From positions 1 to 64,000 of the IMG/VR virus record IMGVR_UViG_3300036861_001052: a stretch of 64,000 nt of DNA; one strand, given 5' to 3'. This stretch comes from a virus. Shown piece after piece: positions 62,747 to 64,000 of the stretch. How positions within the stretch are numbered: position 1 is the first letter of the stretch; every line of letters begins with the position of its first letter. The position numbers and the translations under genes were made by a program. The notes under the pieces are model-generated. The model saw only the letters and a list, made by a program, of their open reading frames with translations, was not told the DNA's origin and did no database searches.

Positions 62747-64000
62747 AAGCTCCAGAGGAGCTCCGCCCGATCCCCGGACGAGTTCCGCCGCACGATCTCG
62801 ACGCCGAGGGCGCCGTCATCGCGGCCATCTTGCTGGTCGCATCCCAATTCGATCTCGTGATCGGGATCGTGAACTCCCTCTCGTTTTACTCCGACGCGAA
62901 CAAGATGGTCTTCAAGGCCATCGAAGATCTCGTGAGTCGCAACGAGCCCGTCGACGCGATGACCGTCGCCTCCGAGCTCCGCCGCGCGGGCACTCTCGAT
63001 CGCGCCGGCGGCTCGCCGTACATCGCCCAGCTCATCGGCGCGACGCCCGCCGTCGCCAACGTCGTCACGCACGCCGAGATCGTGCGAGACAAGTGGCAGG
63101 CGCGTCAGCTCATCCTCCGCGGCCAGCGCTTCATCGCGGAAGCGTACGTCGGGACCGATCCGTCGATCGAGATCATCCAGCGCGCCGAGACGTCGCTCGA
63201 CGAGCTCCTGTCTACCGGCGTCGGAAGCGAGCTCATCGCCGTCGGAAAAATCGCCGCCGATGAAGTCGCGATCCGCGAAGAGCTTCGCCGCACGGGCTCC
63301 ACCGGCCGCGGCACGGGCTCCCCGACCGGCTACGAGAGACTCGATCGGATGTGCGGCGGCACGCACGACACGGATCTCGTGATCGTCGCCGGTCGGCCAG
63401 GGATCGGCAAAACGACCTTCGCCATGAATCTCATCGCAAACCTCGCGCGCCCCTCGATCGGCGGCCCTCCGGAAGGCGCGGCCTTCTTCTCGCTCGAGAT
63501 GCCGAAAGAGCAAGTCGCGATCCGCTTCGCGTGCGCCGAGCAACAAGTCTCCGTCTCGAACGCTCGCCGCAATTCTCTTCGCGACGACGCGTGGGCGCGC
63601 TTTCAGCGCGGCGCCGAAGAGCTCCAGAGGTTTCCGATCTGGATCGACGACGCGCCGACGATCACCGTGCTCGAGGTCCGAGCGCGCGTGAAAAAACTCA
63701 TGCGCGACATCGCCTCTGGCAAAGCCGGAGTCCCGTGCTCACGGCTGAAGCTCGTCGCGGTAGACTATCTGCAGCTCATGCAGGGGATCCGGCAGAAGGG
63801 CGACACGCGCGAGAGCGAAGTCGCGAGCCTCTCTCGCGGGCTGAAAGCGCTCGCGAAAGATCTCGGCCTCACTGTCATCGGCGTCTCGCAGCTGAACCGC
63901 AATCCCGAGCGCGGAGGAAAAAAAGACAAGCGGCCGGAGCTCAGTGACCTGAGAGAATCTGGCGCGCTAGAGCAGGACGCGGACGTGGTGTGGTTCGTGT
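62743..64000 (+). CDS. dnaB: replicative DNA helicase (truncated by the window end)
   Basis: GRVPPHDLDAEGAV, IVAGRPGIGKT, FFSLEM, VDYLQL, SQLNR, RPELSDLRESGALEQDAD; absent from the ORF track because it has no stop. Confidence 0.95.
   Translation, partial: MKAPEELRPIPGRVPPHDLDAEGAVIAAILLVASQFDLVIGIVNSLSFYSDANKMVFKAIEDLVSRNEPVDAMTVASELRRAGTLDRAGGSPYIAQLIGATPAVANVVTHAEIVRDKWQARQLILRGQRFIAEAYVGTDPSIEIIQRAETSLDELLSTGVGSELIAVGKIAADEVAIREELRRTGSTGRGTGSPTGYERLDRMCGGTHDTDLVIVAGRPGIGKTTFAMNLIANLARPSIGGPPEGAAFFSLEMPKEQVAIRFACAEQQVSVSNARRNSLRDDAWARFQRGAEELQRFPIWIDDAPTITVLEVRARVKKLMRDIASGKAGVPCSRLKLVAVDYLQLMQGIRQKGDTRESEVASLSRGLKALAKDLGLTVIGVSQLNRNPERGGKKDKRPELSDLRESGALEQDADVVWFV

Noticed and set aside
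62676-63947. ORF-track entries at the right end
   Set aside because: Alternative frames over dnaB, which starts at GTG 62743 and runs off the window

Overview
High-GC window from a bacteriophage or prophage-like element. The host is probably Myxococcota, judged from the Gly-rich/Cys-rich lipoproteins and the host-like DnaB; this is inference. Layout: a + strand block of mostly small early genes (1-20468, with a - strand island at 13293-15738); a - strand virion/lysis block (20465-43953) with collagen-like fibres, several cell-wall enzymes and seven paralogues sharing one N-terminal domain; two + strand glycosyltransferases (44038-47468); a - strand block of small genes (47807-59757); and a + strand replication module (RHH regulator, initiator with internal origin, DnaC-like loader, DnaB running off the window end). 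The main finding is a stand-alone Cas7/RAMP-like gene (1820-2557) followed directly by a ~1.54 kb probably non-coding array. The array is made of (G/C)G(C/T)NN pentamers, divided into about 31 units by 4-nt junctions and closed by a hairpin. It looks like an RNA-guided system whose information lies in spaced dinucleotides, matching what I recall being described as VIPR. Other notable items: a 3780-bp cargo transposon with a 9-bp target duplication splitting a spike gene, a penton/spike architecture resembling tailless membrane-containing phages, a pair of protein-kinase paralogues, and a 20-bp operator shared by two distant promoter regions. All functional calls come from motifs read by eye; no database searches were run.
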